DNA from: Gemmatimonadota bacterium
Lineage (GTDB): Bacteria > Gemmatimonadota > Gemmatimonadetes > Palauibacterales > Palauibacteraceae
Reading direction: 5' to 3'
Assembly (NCBI GenBank): GCA_963666735.1
Contig: OY762926.1
Location: 1,792,001 to 1,856,000 of the forward strand
Length of the DNA: 64,000 bases
Below are positions 27,865 through 37,325 of this stretch, piece after piece. Position 1 is the stretch's first letter. Each line of letters opens with the position of its first letter. Below the pieces are notes generated by a model that saw nothing but the letters and a program-made list of their open reading frames with translations, was not told the DNA's origin and did no database searches. The translations under genes were made by a program, and so were the position numbers.

Positions 27865-29049
27865 TCAGTTGTAGGCCGGGAGGCCGGTCTCGTCGTGTCC
27901 CAGGATGAGGGAGTGAATGTCGTGCGTGCCCTCGTAGGTATAGACCGACTCCAGGTTCGCCATGTGACGCATGGAGGCGTACTCGGCGAGGATCCCGTTC
28001 GCGCCGAGCAGCCGCCGCGACTCGCGGGCGCAATCGCACGCCATGTTCACGTTGTTTCGCTTCGCGAGGGAAACGTGCTGCGGCCGCATCGTGCCTTCGT
28101 CCTTCATCCGCCCGAGCCGGAGGCAGAGGAGCTGCGCCTTCGTGATCTCGGTGAGCATGTCCGCGATCCGGACCTGCTGGATCTGGGTCTGCGCGATCGG
28201 CGTCCCGTCGAACTGCACGCGGTTCTTCGCGTACTCGACCGACTCGCGGTAGCAGCCCATGGCGGCGCCGACCGCCCCCCACGAGATCCCGTACCGCGCC
28301 TGCGTGAGACACTTCAGCGGGCTCTTGAGTCCCCCGCTGCCCGGGAGGAGGTTCGTGCGCGGCACCCGCACGTCCTGCAGCACGAGTTCGGAGGTGTCGG
28401 ACGCCAGGAGCGACAGTTTCCCCTTCTGGTCGCTGGCGGAGAAGCCGTCGCGCCCGGTCTCGACGAGAAAGCCGCGGATCGACCCGACGTCATCCAGGTC
28501 TCCGGTCTTGGCCCAGATCACCGCGATGTCGGCCATCGATCCGTTCGTAATCCACATCTTGGCGCCGTTCAGGACCCACTCGTCCCCGTCCTCGACGGCC
28601 CGCGTGATCATGCCGCCGGGGTTGGAGCCGAAGTCGGGCTCGGTGAGGCCGAAGCACCCGATGGACTCGCCGCTCGCCAGCCGCGGCAGCCACGCGCGCT
28701 TCTGTTCCTCCGATCCGAAGGCGAAGATCGGGTACATGACGAGGGCGCCCTGTACCGAGACGAAGGAGCGGAGTCCCGAGTCCGCCCGCTCGAGTTCCTG
28801 CATGATGAGGCCGTAGGCCACGTTGTTGAGACCCGCGCAGCCGTACTCCTCGGGGAGGTTCGCCCCGAAGAATCCGAGTTCGCCCATCTGGGGGATGAGT
28901 TCCCGCGGGAACGTGCGTTCGATGTAGTGGTGGCCGATGATGGGCAGGACTTCCCGGTCCACCCACTCGCGCACCAGATCCCGGATGGCCGTCTCCTCTT
29001 CGTGGAGGAGCGCATCGAGATTGAAGTAATCGACACCCTCGAAACTCAT
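27865..29049 (-). CDS. gcdH: Acyl-CoA dehydrogenase, glutaryl-CoA dehydrogenase-like
   Basis: ELERADSGLRSFVSVQ, GCFGLTEPDFGSNP, KMWITNG, ARYGISWG, YTYEGTHDIH. Confidence 0.85.
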   Translation of the reverse strand: MSFEGVDYFNLDALLHEEETAIRDLVREWVDREVLPIIGHHYIERTFPRELIPQMGELGFFGANLPEEYGCAGLNNVAYGLIMQELERADSGLRSFVSVQGALVMYPIFAFGSEEQKRAWLPRLASGESIGCFGLTEPDFGSNPGGMITRAVEDGDEWVLNGAKMWITNGSMADIAVIWAKTGDLDDVGSIRGFLVETGRDGFSASDQKGKLSLLASDTSELVLQDVRVPRTNLLPGSGGLKSPLKCLTQARYGISWGAVGAAMGCYRESVEYAKNRVQFDGTPIAQTQIQQVRIADMLTEITKAQLLCLRLGRMKDEGTMRPQHVSLAKRNNVNMACDCARESRRLLGANGILAEYASMRHMANLESVYTYEGTHDIHSLILGHDETGLPAYN

Positions 29050-29321
29050 TCGCGAATTTCTCCGGACTCGGGGCAGCCCGTGGCTGCCGGTTGAGAGGCG
29101 GCGGACGAATCCGCGCGGAAACAGCGGAAACAATGGACGCCGAGCGCGACGCCGGCGACGGCGAGGAGGATGCCGGCGGCGACTCCCGGCCAGCCGTACA
29201 CGTGCGCATTGATGACGAGGACGATCCCGACCATGGTGGCGAGCGCCGCGGCCGGAAGTCCCAGCACGGTCCGGATGCCGGCGCGCGGGCCGGGCCGGGA
29301 GCCTATCGGCCGAGACGCCAT
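29046..29321 (-). CDS. Small two-TM hypothetical membrane protein
   Basis: Two hydrophobic helices; stop overlaps the gcdH ATG (ATGA). Confidence 0.55.
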   Translation of the reverse strand: MASRPIGSRPGPRAGIRTVLGLPAAALATMVGIVLVINAHVYGWPGVAAGILLAVAGVALGVHCFRCFRADSSAASQPAATGCPESGEIRE

Positions 29322-29644
29322 CGGGTGTAGCCCTTCACGACCTCGCGGCCGATGCGGAAACCGAGATAGTACGCGGCCACGAGCGGCAGCCCCCACGCGT
29401 AGGCGGGCAGGAAGCCGAGATCGGGGGAGGTGCGGAGCCAGATCGCAACCCAGACGGCGAAGGGCAGCGTGATGCACGCGGCGACGACGTGGCGCCAAAG
29501 CCGCATGCGCCGCTGCATGCGCGGGCCGCAGGCCTCGCACCAGTCGTCGGCGTCCAACCGTCCCTTGGGAAACATCTGGCCGCAGGCGCCGCACATCACG
29601 CCCTTGAAATGAAGCTCGTCCGTCATTCCGCGCCGGTCATTCAC
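29303..29644 (-). CDS. Small membrane protein with N-terminal CxxC...CxxC zinc-ribbon-like motif
   Basis: CGAC...CEAC followed by two TM helices; sits inside the operon. Confidence 0.65.
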   Translation of the reverse strand: MNDRRGMTDELHFKGVMCGACGQMFPKGRLDADDWCEACGPRMQRRMRLWRHVVAACITLPFAVWVAIWLRTSPDLGFLPAYAWGLPLVAAYYLGFRIGREVVKGYTRWRLGR

Positions 29645-30671
29645 CGGCGGCGTCCAGTCGTTCGATCACCGCGTCGGCGAACTCCGCCGTGCCGGCGGAA
29701 CCGCCGATGTCCGGGGTATGGCCGACATCCTCGTGCAGGGTCCGGTGCAGCGCGGCGCGGATGCGCGCGGCGACCTCGGGTTCATCGAGGTGGTCGAGCA
29801 GGAGGCAGCCTGCGAGCAGGAGGGAGGTGGGGTTCGCGATCCCCTGCCCCGCGATGTCCGGCGCCGACCCATGCACCGCCTCGAAGATCGCGGCCCGCTC
29901 GCCGAGGTTCGCGCCCGGCGCGAAGCCGAGCCCGCCGATGAGTCCCGCGACCTGATCCGAGAGGATGTCGCCGAACATGTTCTCGGTCACGATCACGTCG
30001 AAGCGGTACGGATCCAGTGCGAGTTGCATCGCCGTGGCGTCCACGATCTTGTCGTCGAATTCCACCCTTCCCTCGTACTCGGCCGCGACGTTGCGCCCGA
30101 CCTCGAGGAAGAGACCCTGCGTATACTTGAGGATATTCGCCTTATGGACGAGGGTCACGAGACGACGGTTGTGGGCGAGGGCGTACTCGAACGCGAAGCG
30201 CACGATGCGACGCGACCCGTAGCGCGTAATGAGCATGACGGACTCGGCGACGGCGCGCGGGTCGTTCTCCATCCCGATGAAGTGCTCGATCCCGGCGTAG
30301 AGGCCCTCGGTGTTCTCGCGCACGATGACGAGGTCCACATCCGGATAGCGGGCGGCCGGAAGGAGGGTTACGGCGGGACGGACGTTCGCGTAGAGGTCGA
30401 AATGCTTGCGGAGCGCGACGTTCACCGACCGGAAACCCGAGCCGATGGGAGTGGTGAGCGGCCCCTTGAGCGCGACGCCGGTCGCCTCGATCGATTCGAG
30501 AGTCGCCTGCGGAAGCGGCTCTCCGGCGGCCTCCATGGCGGTCACGCCGCCGAGGCGTTCGCGCCAGCGGATGGGCGCGCCCGCGGCCTCCAGGATCGCA
30601 ACGGTGGCTTCGGATATCTCCGGGCCAATGCCGTCGCCCGGAATCAACACGACGTCGTGTATCGGTTTCAT
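29637..30671 (-). CDS. Isocitrate/isopropylmalate dehydrogenase family, probably NAD-dependent isocitrate dehydrogenase
   Basis: PGDGIGPEI, FRSVNVALRK (ICDH-type Ser/Asn), RENTEG, VHKANILK, NMFGDILSD, HGSAPDIAG (Asp typical of NAD use). Confidence 0.88.
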   Translation of the reverse strand: MKPIHDVVLIPGDGIGPEISEATVAILEAAGAPIRWRERLGGVTAMEAAGEPLPQATLESIEATGVALKGPLTTPIGSGFRSVNVALRKHFDLYANVRPAVTLLPAARYPDVDLVIVRENTEGLYAGIEHFIGMENDPRAVAESVMLITRYGSRRIVRFAFEYALAHNRRLVTLVHKANILKYTQGLFLEVGRNVAAEYEGRVEFDDKIVDATAMQLALDPYRFDVIVTENMFGDILSDQVAGLIGGLGFAPGANLGERAAIFEAVHGSAPDIAGQGIANPTSLLLAGCLLLDHLDEPEVAARIRAALHRTLHEDVGHTPDIGGSAGTAEFADAVIERLDAAGE

Positions 30672-30673
30672 CG

Positions 30674-31306
30674 TCACGAAGGTGCGAGTCGATCGGCCAG
30701 GCGCAGCGCGAGCGTGGTGAGGGCGAATGGGGATGCGGCCTCCGCGGCCGCCCCCGCGACCGCGCCGTGCCAGAGGACGGCGCTGCGCCGCACGTCGATG
30801 AGAGCGAGTTGCAGGACGGCCCGGCTCTCCCGATACGATACCGCGAGCGGCAGAACGACGAGGCGGGCTCCGAAGAGGGCGGCCACCCGGCGAAGCTGCG
30901 AGTGGAGCGGTTCGTAGAGTTGCGACTCGGGACCCGGCGCGGTGAGCAGGCCCCGGTAGGCGAGCCGCCCCGGGTCGACGCCGATCATCGGGTCGCGCGA
31001 GAGGCGGGCCTCCACGGCAAGCGGAAGAGCCCAATGCGCGGCCCCCTCTTCCTCCCCGAACGCAAACTCGATCTCGGCGTTCAGGAGGTCGATCGTGCGC
31101 TGCGCGCTCCCCGTCCCCCCGACCCACGTCCCCTCGAGGTCCGGGACGGCCGACTGTACGGGGAGGATGATCACGGGCGTGCCCCCCGCAACGCCCCGCG
31201 GAAGGATCTCCTGCGCCACCGCGGCGTCGGCGAGGCAGCCGAGCCCCGCCAATCCTGCCAGCCCCGTCAGTCCAGCCAGCGCCGCAGCTGCGAAGCGGTT
31301 TCTCAT
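30674..31306 (-). CDS. Secreted hypothetical protein
   Basis: Signal peptide MRNRFAAAALAGL...AVAQ; ATG overlaps the upstream TGA. Confidence 0.7.
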   Translation of the reverse strand: MRNRFAAAALAGLTGLAGLAGLGCLADAAVAQEILPRGVAGGTPVIILPVQSAVPDLEGTWVGGTGSAQRTIDLLNAEIEFAFGEEEGAAHWALPLAVEARLSRDPMIGVDPGRLAYRGLLTAPGPESQLYEPLHSQLRRVAALFGARLVVLPLAVSYRESRAVLQLALIDVRRSAVLWHGAVAGAAAEAASPFALTTLALRLADRLAPS

Positions 31307-32550
31307 ACGGGGGCCCGCTCCCCCCGGACGCGCCCGATCTCGGCTTCGATTTCCTCGTGCGAGAGCGTGTGATCGCACTTCTTGGCGAGTCGGAACAGCG
31401 CCTCGCACAGCATCTCGTCCTCCGGGTCGTATCCGTTGCGGACCAGCCAGTACCGGACGTTGCTCAGCCCGGAGACCGGCGAGATCTCGATGGTCTGCGT
31501 CCGCCCCACGATCGAGGCGGGGACGCCGCTGTAGACGCAGTCTTCGAGCCAGCGGTCGCCCTTGGCCATCGCCTTGATGATCGCGGCCGCGTGAACGCCG
31601 GTGCCCGTCCGGAAGGCGTCGTCTCCAATCACGGGATAGTTGTGGGGCACCTCGACGCCGCACATCTCCGCCGTCACGCGGCAGTACTCCGGGAGCCGGT
31701 TGATCGGGTGGTCGTGGGTCCCGAGCAGATGGAGGTTCACGAGCAGGAGGTCCATCTCGACGTTGCCGATCCGCTCGCCGATGCCGAGCGCCGTCGCGTG
31801 GACGCGATCCACTCCTTCCTCGATCGCCGCCAGCGCGTTCGCCAGCCCGAAGCCCCGGTCCCGGTGGCCGTGCCAGTCGACCTTCACGGGTTCGCCGGTG
31901 GCGGCGACAAAGTCCTTCGCGAAGCGGACGAGCCGGCGCACACCGGCGGGCGTCGCGTGTCCGACGGTGTCGGCGAGGCAGATCCGCCTCGCTCCCGCTT
32001 CGATCGCGGCCGAGAAGAGCCTGCCCAGCGTCCTGGGCCGCGACCGCGTCGTGTCCTCCGTCACATACATCACGTCGAGGCCCTCGCCGACCGCGAACTC
32101 GATGGCGTCCCGCGTGGCGGCCAGGATGCGCTCGACATCCCAGTCCTCGGCGTATTGGCGAATCGGCGAACTCCCGATGAAGGCGCCGACCTCGAGCGGA
32201 AGGCCCGTCGCCTGCTGGATGCGGGCGATGGGTTCGATATCCGCGCGGACGGTGCGCGCCGCGCAGTTCGCCTCGATCGGCAGGCGATGGTCCACGATCT
32301 CGCGGGCGAGCGCCAGCACGGCGCCGTAGGCCCTCGGTCCCGCGCCCGGAAGCCCGATGTCGGCGGCGTGGATGCCGAGGTCCACCATGAGGTGGAGGAG
32401 TTCGATCTTCTTCTCGATGGGCGGGTCCTTGACGGACGGATTCTGCAGGCCGTCGCGGAGCGTCTCATCGTCCAGTTCGACCCGGGCCGCCGCGTAGTCG
32501 TGGCTCCCCGGAAGCGCGTTCCAGTCGTATATGAGTTCGTCCTGGCTCAC
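31303..32550 (-). CDS. LeuA-family DRE-TIM acyltransferase (isopropylmalate/homocitrate/citramalate synthase-like) lacking the C-terminal regulatory domain
   Basis: DETLRDGLQ, EDTTR, LADTVG, WHGHRDRG, GIGERIGN, GTGVHAAAI; GTG overlaps the upstream TGA. Confidence 0.85.
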   Translation of the reverse strand: MSQDELIYDWNALPGSHDYAAARVELDDETLRDGLQNPSVKDPPIEKKIELLHLMVDLGIHAADIGLPGAGPRAYGAVLALAREIVDHRLPIEANCAARTVRADIEPIARIQQATGLPLEVGAFIGSSPIRQYAEDWDVERILAATRDAIEFAVGEGLDVMYVTEDTTRSRPRTLGRLFSAAIEAGARRICLADTVGHATPAGVRRLVRFAKDFVAATGEPVKVDWHGHRDRGFGLANALAAIEEGVDRVHATALGIGERIGNVEMDLLLVNLHLLGTHDHPINRLPEYCRVTAEMCGVEVPHNYPVIGDDAFRTGTGVHAAAIIKAMAKGDRWLEDCVYSGVPASIVGRTQTIEISPVSGLSNVRYWLVRNGYDPEDEMLCEALFRLAKKCDHTLSHEEIEAEIGRVRGERAPV

Positions 32551-33539
32551 GTCCACTCGCCTTCGACGACGCCGTCGTCTCCCACACTCACCCTTCCGCG
32601 TACGCCTCGAAGCGTCACACGGTCCCCGACCAGTGAATCTACGAGATCGCAGTCTTCGATGACGCTGTCCGCGCCGACGATCGTGTGGCGGAGGCGCGAA
32701 CCCAGGATCCGGCTTCCGGATGCCACGCTCACGTTGGGGCCGAGCGCGGAAGATTCGACGATGGCGTCCGCGGCGACCGCAATGGCGCCTTCGACGGCGA
32801 CGGAATCCGGAAGGTCGGGCTCCCCTCCGTGCCCGCGTTCCAGCATCACGCGGTTCGTCTCGAGCAGCGTTTCGGGCTTCCCGCAATCAAACCAGCCGCC
32901 GACTTCCGCCGTATGGATACGGGCGCCACGGTCGATCATGTACTGGAACGCGTCCGTTAGAAAGTACTCCCCGAGCTTGGGATCCAGGTCCATCACATGC
33001 CGAACCCCGTCGAACATCAGTTCATGATCCTTCACGTAGTAGACGCCGATGTTCGCGAGCTTCGATACGGGTTCCGACGGCTTCTCGATGATCCGCCGCA
33101 TGGTTCCGGCCTCATCGGTGACGATGACGCCGTACCGCTGGTAGTCCTCGACCTCCTTGGCCCAGATGATGCCGGACGCGGACGCGTGGCGGTGCAGCAC
33201 GCTGAAGTCGGCATCGAAGAGCGTGTCCACGAAAACGATGAGGACCGGCCCGGTCACCCAGGGTTCCGCCAGCGAAATCGCGTCGGCCGTCCCCCGCTGG
33301 CTGGCCTGCTCCACGTAGGTGACCGGGAGGCCTGGAAACTCCTCGGCCATGAAAGCCCGGATCCGGCCGGAAAGGTGCCCGGTGATGCAGATGAACTCGT
33401 CGACGCCCTCGGCCTTGAGCTGCTCGACGACGTAGGAAAGGACGGGCCGATTGGCCACGCGGAGTAAGGGTTTGGGACGGGTGTGGGTGTGGGGACGGAC
33501 CCTTGTACCCATTCCCGCCAACGGTATTATGGCCTGCAT
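32547..33539 (-). CDS. Sugar-phosphate nucleotidyltransferase (G1P thymidylyltransferase-like, with C-terminal left-handed beta-helix)
   Basis: AIIPLAGMGTRVRPHTHTRPKPL, EKP, GEYFLTDA, WFDCGKPE. Confidence 0.9.
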   Translation of the reverse strand: MQAIIPLAGMGTRVRPHTHTRPKPLLRVANRPVLSYVVEQLKAEGVDEFICITGHLSGRIRAFMAEEFPGLPVTYVEQASQRGTADAISLAEPWVTGPVLIVFVDTLFDADFSVLHRHASASGIIWAKEVEDYQRYGVIVTDEAGTMRRIIEKPSEPVSKLANIGVYYVKDHELMFDGVRHVMDLDPKLGEYFLTDAFQYMIDRGARIHTAEVGGWFDCGKPETLLETNRVMLERGHGGEPDLPDSVAVEGAIAVAADAIVESSALGPNVSVASGSRILGSRLRHTIVGADSVIEDCDLVDSLVGDRVTLRGVRGRVSVGDDGVVEGEWT

Positions 33540-33674
33540 GTTAAACCGTCAGAGTCTCGGGAGAGTGGTCCTGCCGTCTGCGGGGGCCGGGAGCCCGGGC
33601 CAACCGGGCCCCGCGGATCGCCAAGCTATCCGTCCGCGGCAGACGCGGGCAACCGAAGAAAGAGGGCTTCCGGA

Positions 33675-34130
33675 GTGACGGAGGCAGCTCCCGGCGGCGG
33701 GCAGACCAACGGGATCTCCCGCTGGTTTCACGAGAATTCGGCGGACACCCGTGCGCCGGACGGGCCCGAGCCGCGCCTTTACGAGGTGGCCTTCTCCCGG
33801 GTCTGGGACCAACTGGTGAGATACGCCGAGCGGCGCTGGTGGTGGACACTCGCCCACCGTGACGAAGACCTCGGACTCATCTCCGTGAGGTGCGCGGTCC
33901 CCCTCTTGCGTTGGGTCGATGACCTGACGATCTGGGTTGCCCTTGATGCGAACGGGCTCACGCGGGTCGAGGCGTTCTCGCGCGCGCGGCGGCGAAACTT
34001 CGATCTCGGCACGAACCGGCGACGGATCCGGCGCATGCTGAAATCGCTCGACCGGGCCCTGGGACCGCGAGCCAGGCTGCCCGACGCCGCTCCCGGCGGG
34101 GACGCGTGGGACGCGCCGGGGGGGACGTGA
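33675..34130 (+). CDS. DUF1499-like protein
   Basis: WVDDLTIWV...VEAFSRAR...DLGTNRRRIRR motif; start uncertain. Confidence 0.7.
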   Translation: MTEAAPGGGQTNGISRWFHENSADTRAPDGPEPRLYEVAFSRVWDQLVRYAERRWWWTLAHRDEDLGLISVRCAVPLLRWVDDLTIWVALDANGLTRVEAFSRARRRNFDLGTNRRRIRRMLKSLDRALGPRARLPDAAPGGDAWDAPGGT

Positions 34131-35038
34131 TCGGGCGACGGACGCCCGGGGCGGCGGGCGCCGCCCTGATCTTCTTCGCCTGCGCCGGGCCTCCCCCGGA
34201 TGGAACGGCGGAAGCTCGCGGGGAAATCGCAGGTGAGCCGCTCACGCCGGCGGTCGACGCACGCTACTTGACGCACCTGCTCTTCGCCTCCGGCGACGGG
34301 ACATCGTTCATCGGTTCGTTCGATCAGACGGCCGAGGGCGAGGACCTGCGCCTCGACTACGACGTGCGCCTCGCGGACGGGGGCGCCTGGCGGTCCCTCG
34401 TACGGACGCGGGACACGGTGTCCGTGGCCCGCGCGGCGTGGCGCCTGCTGCCTACGCCGACGATGGCGATGCGGGTCGGCGATGCCGGCCAAGTCGTGAG
34501 TCTCCTGTTCGGCGAACCCGAGGGCGAGGGCCCGGATCCGGTCCGCCTCGTGGCGGGCGAGGAAGTGTCCGTCTGGACGGGACCGACGGGGCAACGGGAG
34601 TCGCTGGGCATGGCGGCGCTGCGGATGGGCGACAGGGCCGTGCCGGGCATCCTCTTTTTTCGGCGCGCCGCCCGGGCGCTGAGCATCCCCGTCGCGTCGA
34701 CGGATGGCCGGACGTTTGTGTTCGCCGACTCGCTCGGCAACGGTCTCGTCGTCCACGCGGGCACCATCGGCCAGCCGGCGGTTGCCAACACCTGGCTGCA
34801 CGGGGTCGAAGCGGCCTGGGGTGAGGTGACGCTCGAAGCGCCGGATCCGGGGCGGGCGGGCGGTTCGGCGGCGGCCTGGCGGTTCGAGATCTCCGGTACG
34901 ACGGTCCGCGGGAGTTTTCGGCCGCTGATGAGCGAAGACCCCGGCGACGGAACCGTCATCCGCATGGAAGCCACCGTCTACGTCGGTACGGAGGTTCTCT
35001 ACTTCAACGGGTTCGCGGCCACGCTGCCCTCTCCCTGA
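34127..35038 (+). CDS. Hypothetical lipoprotein
   Basis: Lipobox FFAC; coupled at both ends (GTGA, TGATG). Confidence 0.65.
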   Translation: MIGRRTPGAAGAALIFFACAGPPPDGTAEARGEIAGEPLTPAVDARYLTHLLFASGDGTSFIGSFDQTAEGEDLRLDYDVRLADGGAWRSLVRTRDTVSVARAAWRLLPTPTMAMRVGDAGQVVSLLFGEPEGEGPDPVRLVAGEEVSVWTGPTGQRESLGMAALRMGDRAVPGILFFRRAARALSIPVASTDGRTFVFADSLGNGLVVHAGTIGQPAVANTWLHGVEAAWGEVTLEAPDPGRAGGSAAAWRFEISGTTVRGSFRPLMSEDPGDGTVIRMEATVYVGTEVLYFNGFAATLPSP

Positions 35039-36627
35039 TGGAATTCGACTGGCTGCGCGCCCTCGTCACGGTGGCCTTCGGCGCCCTGGCGGGCGGGATT
35101 ACGAACCGGATCGCCGTGTGGATGATCTTCCATCCCTACCGTCCGCCGAAGATTCTGGGCCGGCCCGTGCGGTGGCTGCAGGGAGCGGTACCGAAGAATC
35201 AGAAACGGTTGGCCGATTCGGTCGGTGGCGTCGTCGGCGGAGCGCTCCTCACGCCAGAAGACATCACTTCCGAGCTGCGCCAACTCGAGTCCGCCTTTCG
35301 GGAGCGGCTGCGGGAACTCGCGGTCGAACTCGGCGAGGGCGAGCAACCCGCGCTGGCCGACCTCCTCCCCGAGGCCGCGCTCGTCGAGGTCCGGGAACTC
35401 CTCACGCGGATTCTTGGACAGGGCCGGGAGTTCCTGGCCGGGACGCTGGATTCGCCGGAGTTCGGGGATGAATCCGGGCGCCTCCTCGAGTCGATCCGGG
35501 AGTCGCTGAGCGACGAATCCCTCGCTCAGACGCTGGAACCGGAGCGGGTCGCGGCCGTGCGCGACACGATCGACGGCTGGCTCGAACGGCTCGTCGATTC
35601 ATCGGCCTTCGAGGCAACGGTACGCCGCCACCTGGACGAGGCCGCGCGGCAACTGCTCAGACCGCACCGGACGTTCGAGCAACTGATCCCCGCGGGGCTC
35701 GTTGCCGCGCTGGAGCACGCGATCAAGGACTATCTTCCGGTCGCGATCGAGCGCTTGAGCCGACTGCTCGACGACCCGGACGCGAGGGAGCGGATCGAGC
35801 ACGTGCTCGGGGAACTGTTCGACCGCTTCATGCAGGATCTACGCTTCCACCAGCGCGTCGTGGCCCGCTTCATCGTCACCGAGGAAACCGTGACGCAGGC
35901 GCTCGATACCCTGCGCGAGCAAGGGGCCGACCGCCTCGGCGGCGTGCTGCGCGAACCGGAGGTGCAGACGGCGATCGCGCGGCACGTCAACGACGGCGTC
36001 GTAGAGTTCCTCCGGCACCCTCCTTCGGAGGTCATCGGCGGCGCGGGCGATCCCCAGGTCGAGAGCGCGCTCGATGCGTCGGCGGAGTGGATCGTGAAGG
36101 CGGCGCGGGATCCGGGCTCGCGCGCCTTCCTGCTCGACCGACTCGAGGGACTGCTCGAGCGCTTCGGCGAGAGGAGCTGGGCGGACGTGCTGGACGCCGT
36201 CCCGGCCGACCGCGTGGCGGCCTCGCTTGCCGCGGGATTTCGGTCCGACGCGGGACGCGCCCTCTTCGACTCGATCGCCGAGTCGATGGCTGACCGGCTC
36301 CTTCGTACGCCGATCGGGCGGCTCGGGCGTTTCCTGCGCGAGGACGCCGCGGTACGGCTTGCCGACACGCTGGCCGCGCCCGCGTGGGACTGGATCGTCA
36401 ACCGGGTGCCCGAGGTGGCGGAGCGTATCCGGATCGCCGAGCGTATCTCGACGAAGATCGAGAACTTCTCCATCGAACGGATCGAACACCTTGTTCGCGA
36501 TATCAGCCAGCGTGAATTCGACCTCATTGTGCGGCTCGGATACCTGCTCGGCGCCGGCATCGGCACCGGGCTCGTGATTCTCGATTCCCTCCCGGTACTC
36601 GAGTTCATCCGGGGACTGCTCGGATGA
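35038..36627 (+). CDS. DUF445 family membrane protein
   Basis: GGITNRIAVWMIFHP, QGAVPK, long helical body, C-terminal EFDLIVRLGYLLGAGIG. Confidence 0.85.
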   Translation: MEFDWLRALVTVAFGALAGGITNRIAVWMIFHPYRPPKILGRPVRWLQGAVPKNQKRLADSVGGVVGGALLTPEDITSELRQLESAFRERLRELAVELGEGEQPALADLLPEAALVEVRELLTRILGQGREFLAGTLDSPEFGDESGRLLESIRESLSDESLAQTLEPERVAAVRDTIDGWLERLVDSSAFEATVRRHLDEAARQLLRPHRTFEQLIPAGLVAALEHAIKDYLPVAIERLSRLLDDPDARERIEHVLGELFDRFMQDLRFHQRVVARFIVTEETVTQALDTLREQGADRLGGVLREPEVQTAIARHVNDGVVEFLRHPPSEVIGGAGDPQVESALDASAEWIVKAARDPGSRAFLLDRLEGLLERFGERSWADVLDAVPADRVAASLAAGFRSDAGRALFDSIAESMADRLLRTPIGRLGRFLREDAAVRLADTLAAPAWDWIVNRVPEVAERIRIAERISTKIENFSIERIEHLVRDISQREFDLIVRLGYLLGAGIGTGLVILDSLPVLEFIRGLLG

Positions 36628-37316
36628 CGGCGGCGCGTTTCGCTGCCGCCCGCGCCGTCGCGTGCGGCGTCGGTCTCGCCGTGTCCGCCTGCGCCTCCCC
36701 GGACGCGGCGATCGACCGCACGGAGGGCACGGGGGAACTGCGGGGACTGGCGCTCGAACAACCATTCGAGGTGCCGGAGTTTACCCTCACGGACTCCCGG
36801 GGGCGCCGGTTCGACTTTCGGCCGGAGACCGCGGGGTCGCTCACGCTGCTCTTCTTCGGCTATACGCACTGCCCCGATATCTGTCCGGTGCAGATGGCGG
36901 TGCTCGGGGCCGCCCTCGACGATCTCTCGTACGCGGATCGCCGCGAGATCGAAGTCGTCTTCGTAACGACGGATCCGGCGCGCGACACACCGGACCGGCT
37001 GCGGAGCTGGCTGGACCTCTTCGACGCGTCCTTCGTCGGCCTCAGCGGGGAGATGGAGACGGTGAACGAGGTCCAGGCCGGGTTCCACCTTCCGCCGGCG
37101 CAGATCGAAGAGACCTCGCACCCGCCGGGCGCGGGTGAGCCGTATTTCGTGGGACACGCGACGCCGGTCGTCGCCGTCACGGGCGACGGCGTCGCGCGGG
37201 CGCTGTACCCGAGCGGCGTGCGCCAGACCGACTGGCGCCACGACCTTCCACTGCTCCTGCGCCTCAACCGGTCGGTTTCGAAGCCGGCGGGCGAAGCGGG
37301 CACGAGCGGCGACTGA
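36624..37316 (+). CDS. SCO family copper chaperone (lipoprotein)
   Basis: FFGYTHCPDICP, FVTTDPARDTP, YFVGH. Confidence 0.93.
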   Translation: MTAARFAAARAVACGVGLAVSACASPDAAIDRTEGTGELRGLALEQPFEVPEFTLTDSRGRRFDFRPETAGSLTLLFFGYTHCPDICPVQMAVLGAALDDLSYADRREIEVVFVTTDPARDTPDRLRSWLDLFDASFVGLSGEMETVNEVQAGFHLPPAQIEETSHPPGAGEPYFVGHATPVVAVTGDGVARALYPSGVRQTDWRHDLPLLLRLNRSVSKPAGEAGTSGD

Positions 37317-37325
37317 GGCCGCACG

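Noticed and set aside
29637..32550. Complete AAA lysine or leucine biosynthesis operon
   Set aside because: No aconitase-like subunits or LysW/LysX genes nearby, and the dehydrogenase has isocitrate-type specificity residues.
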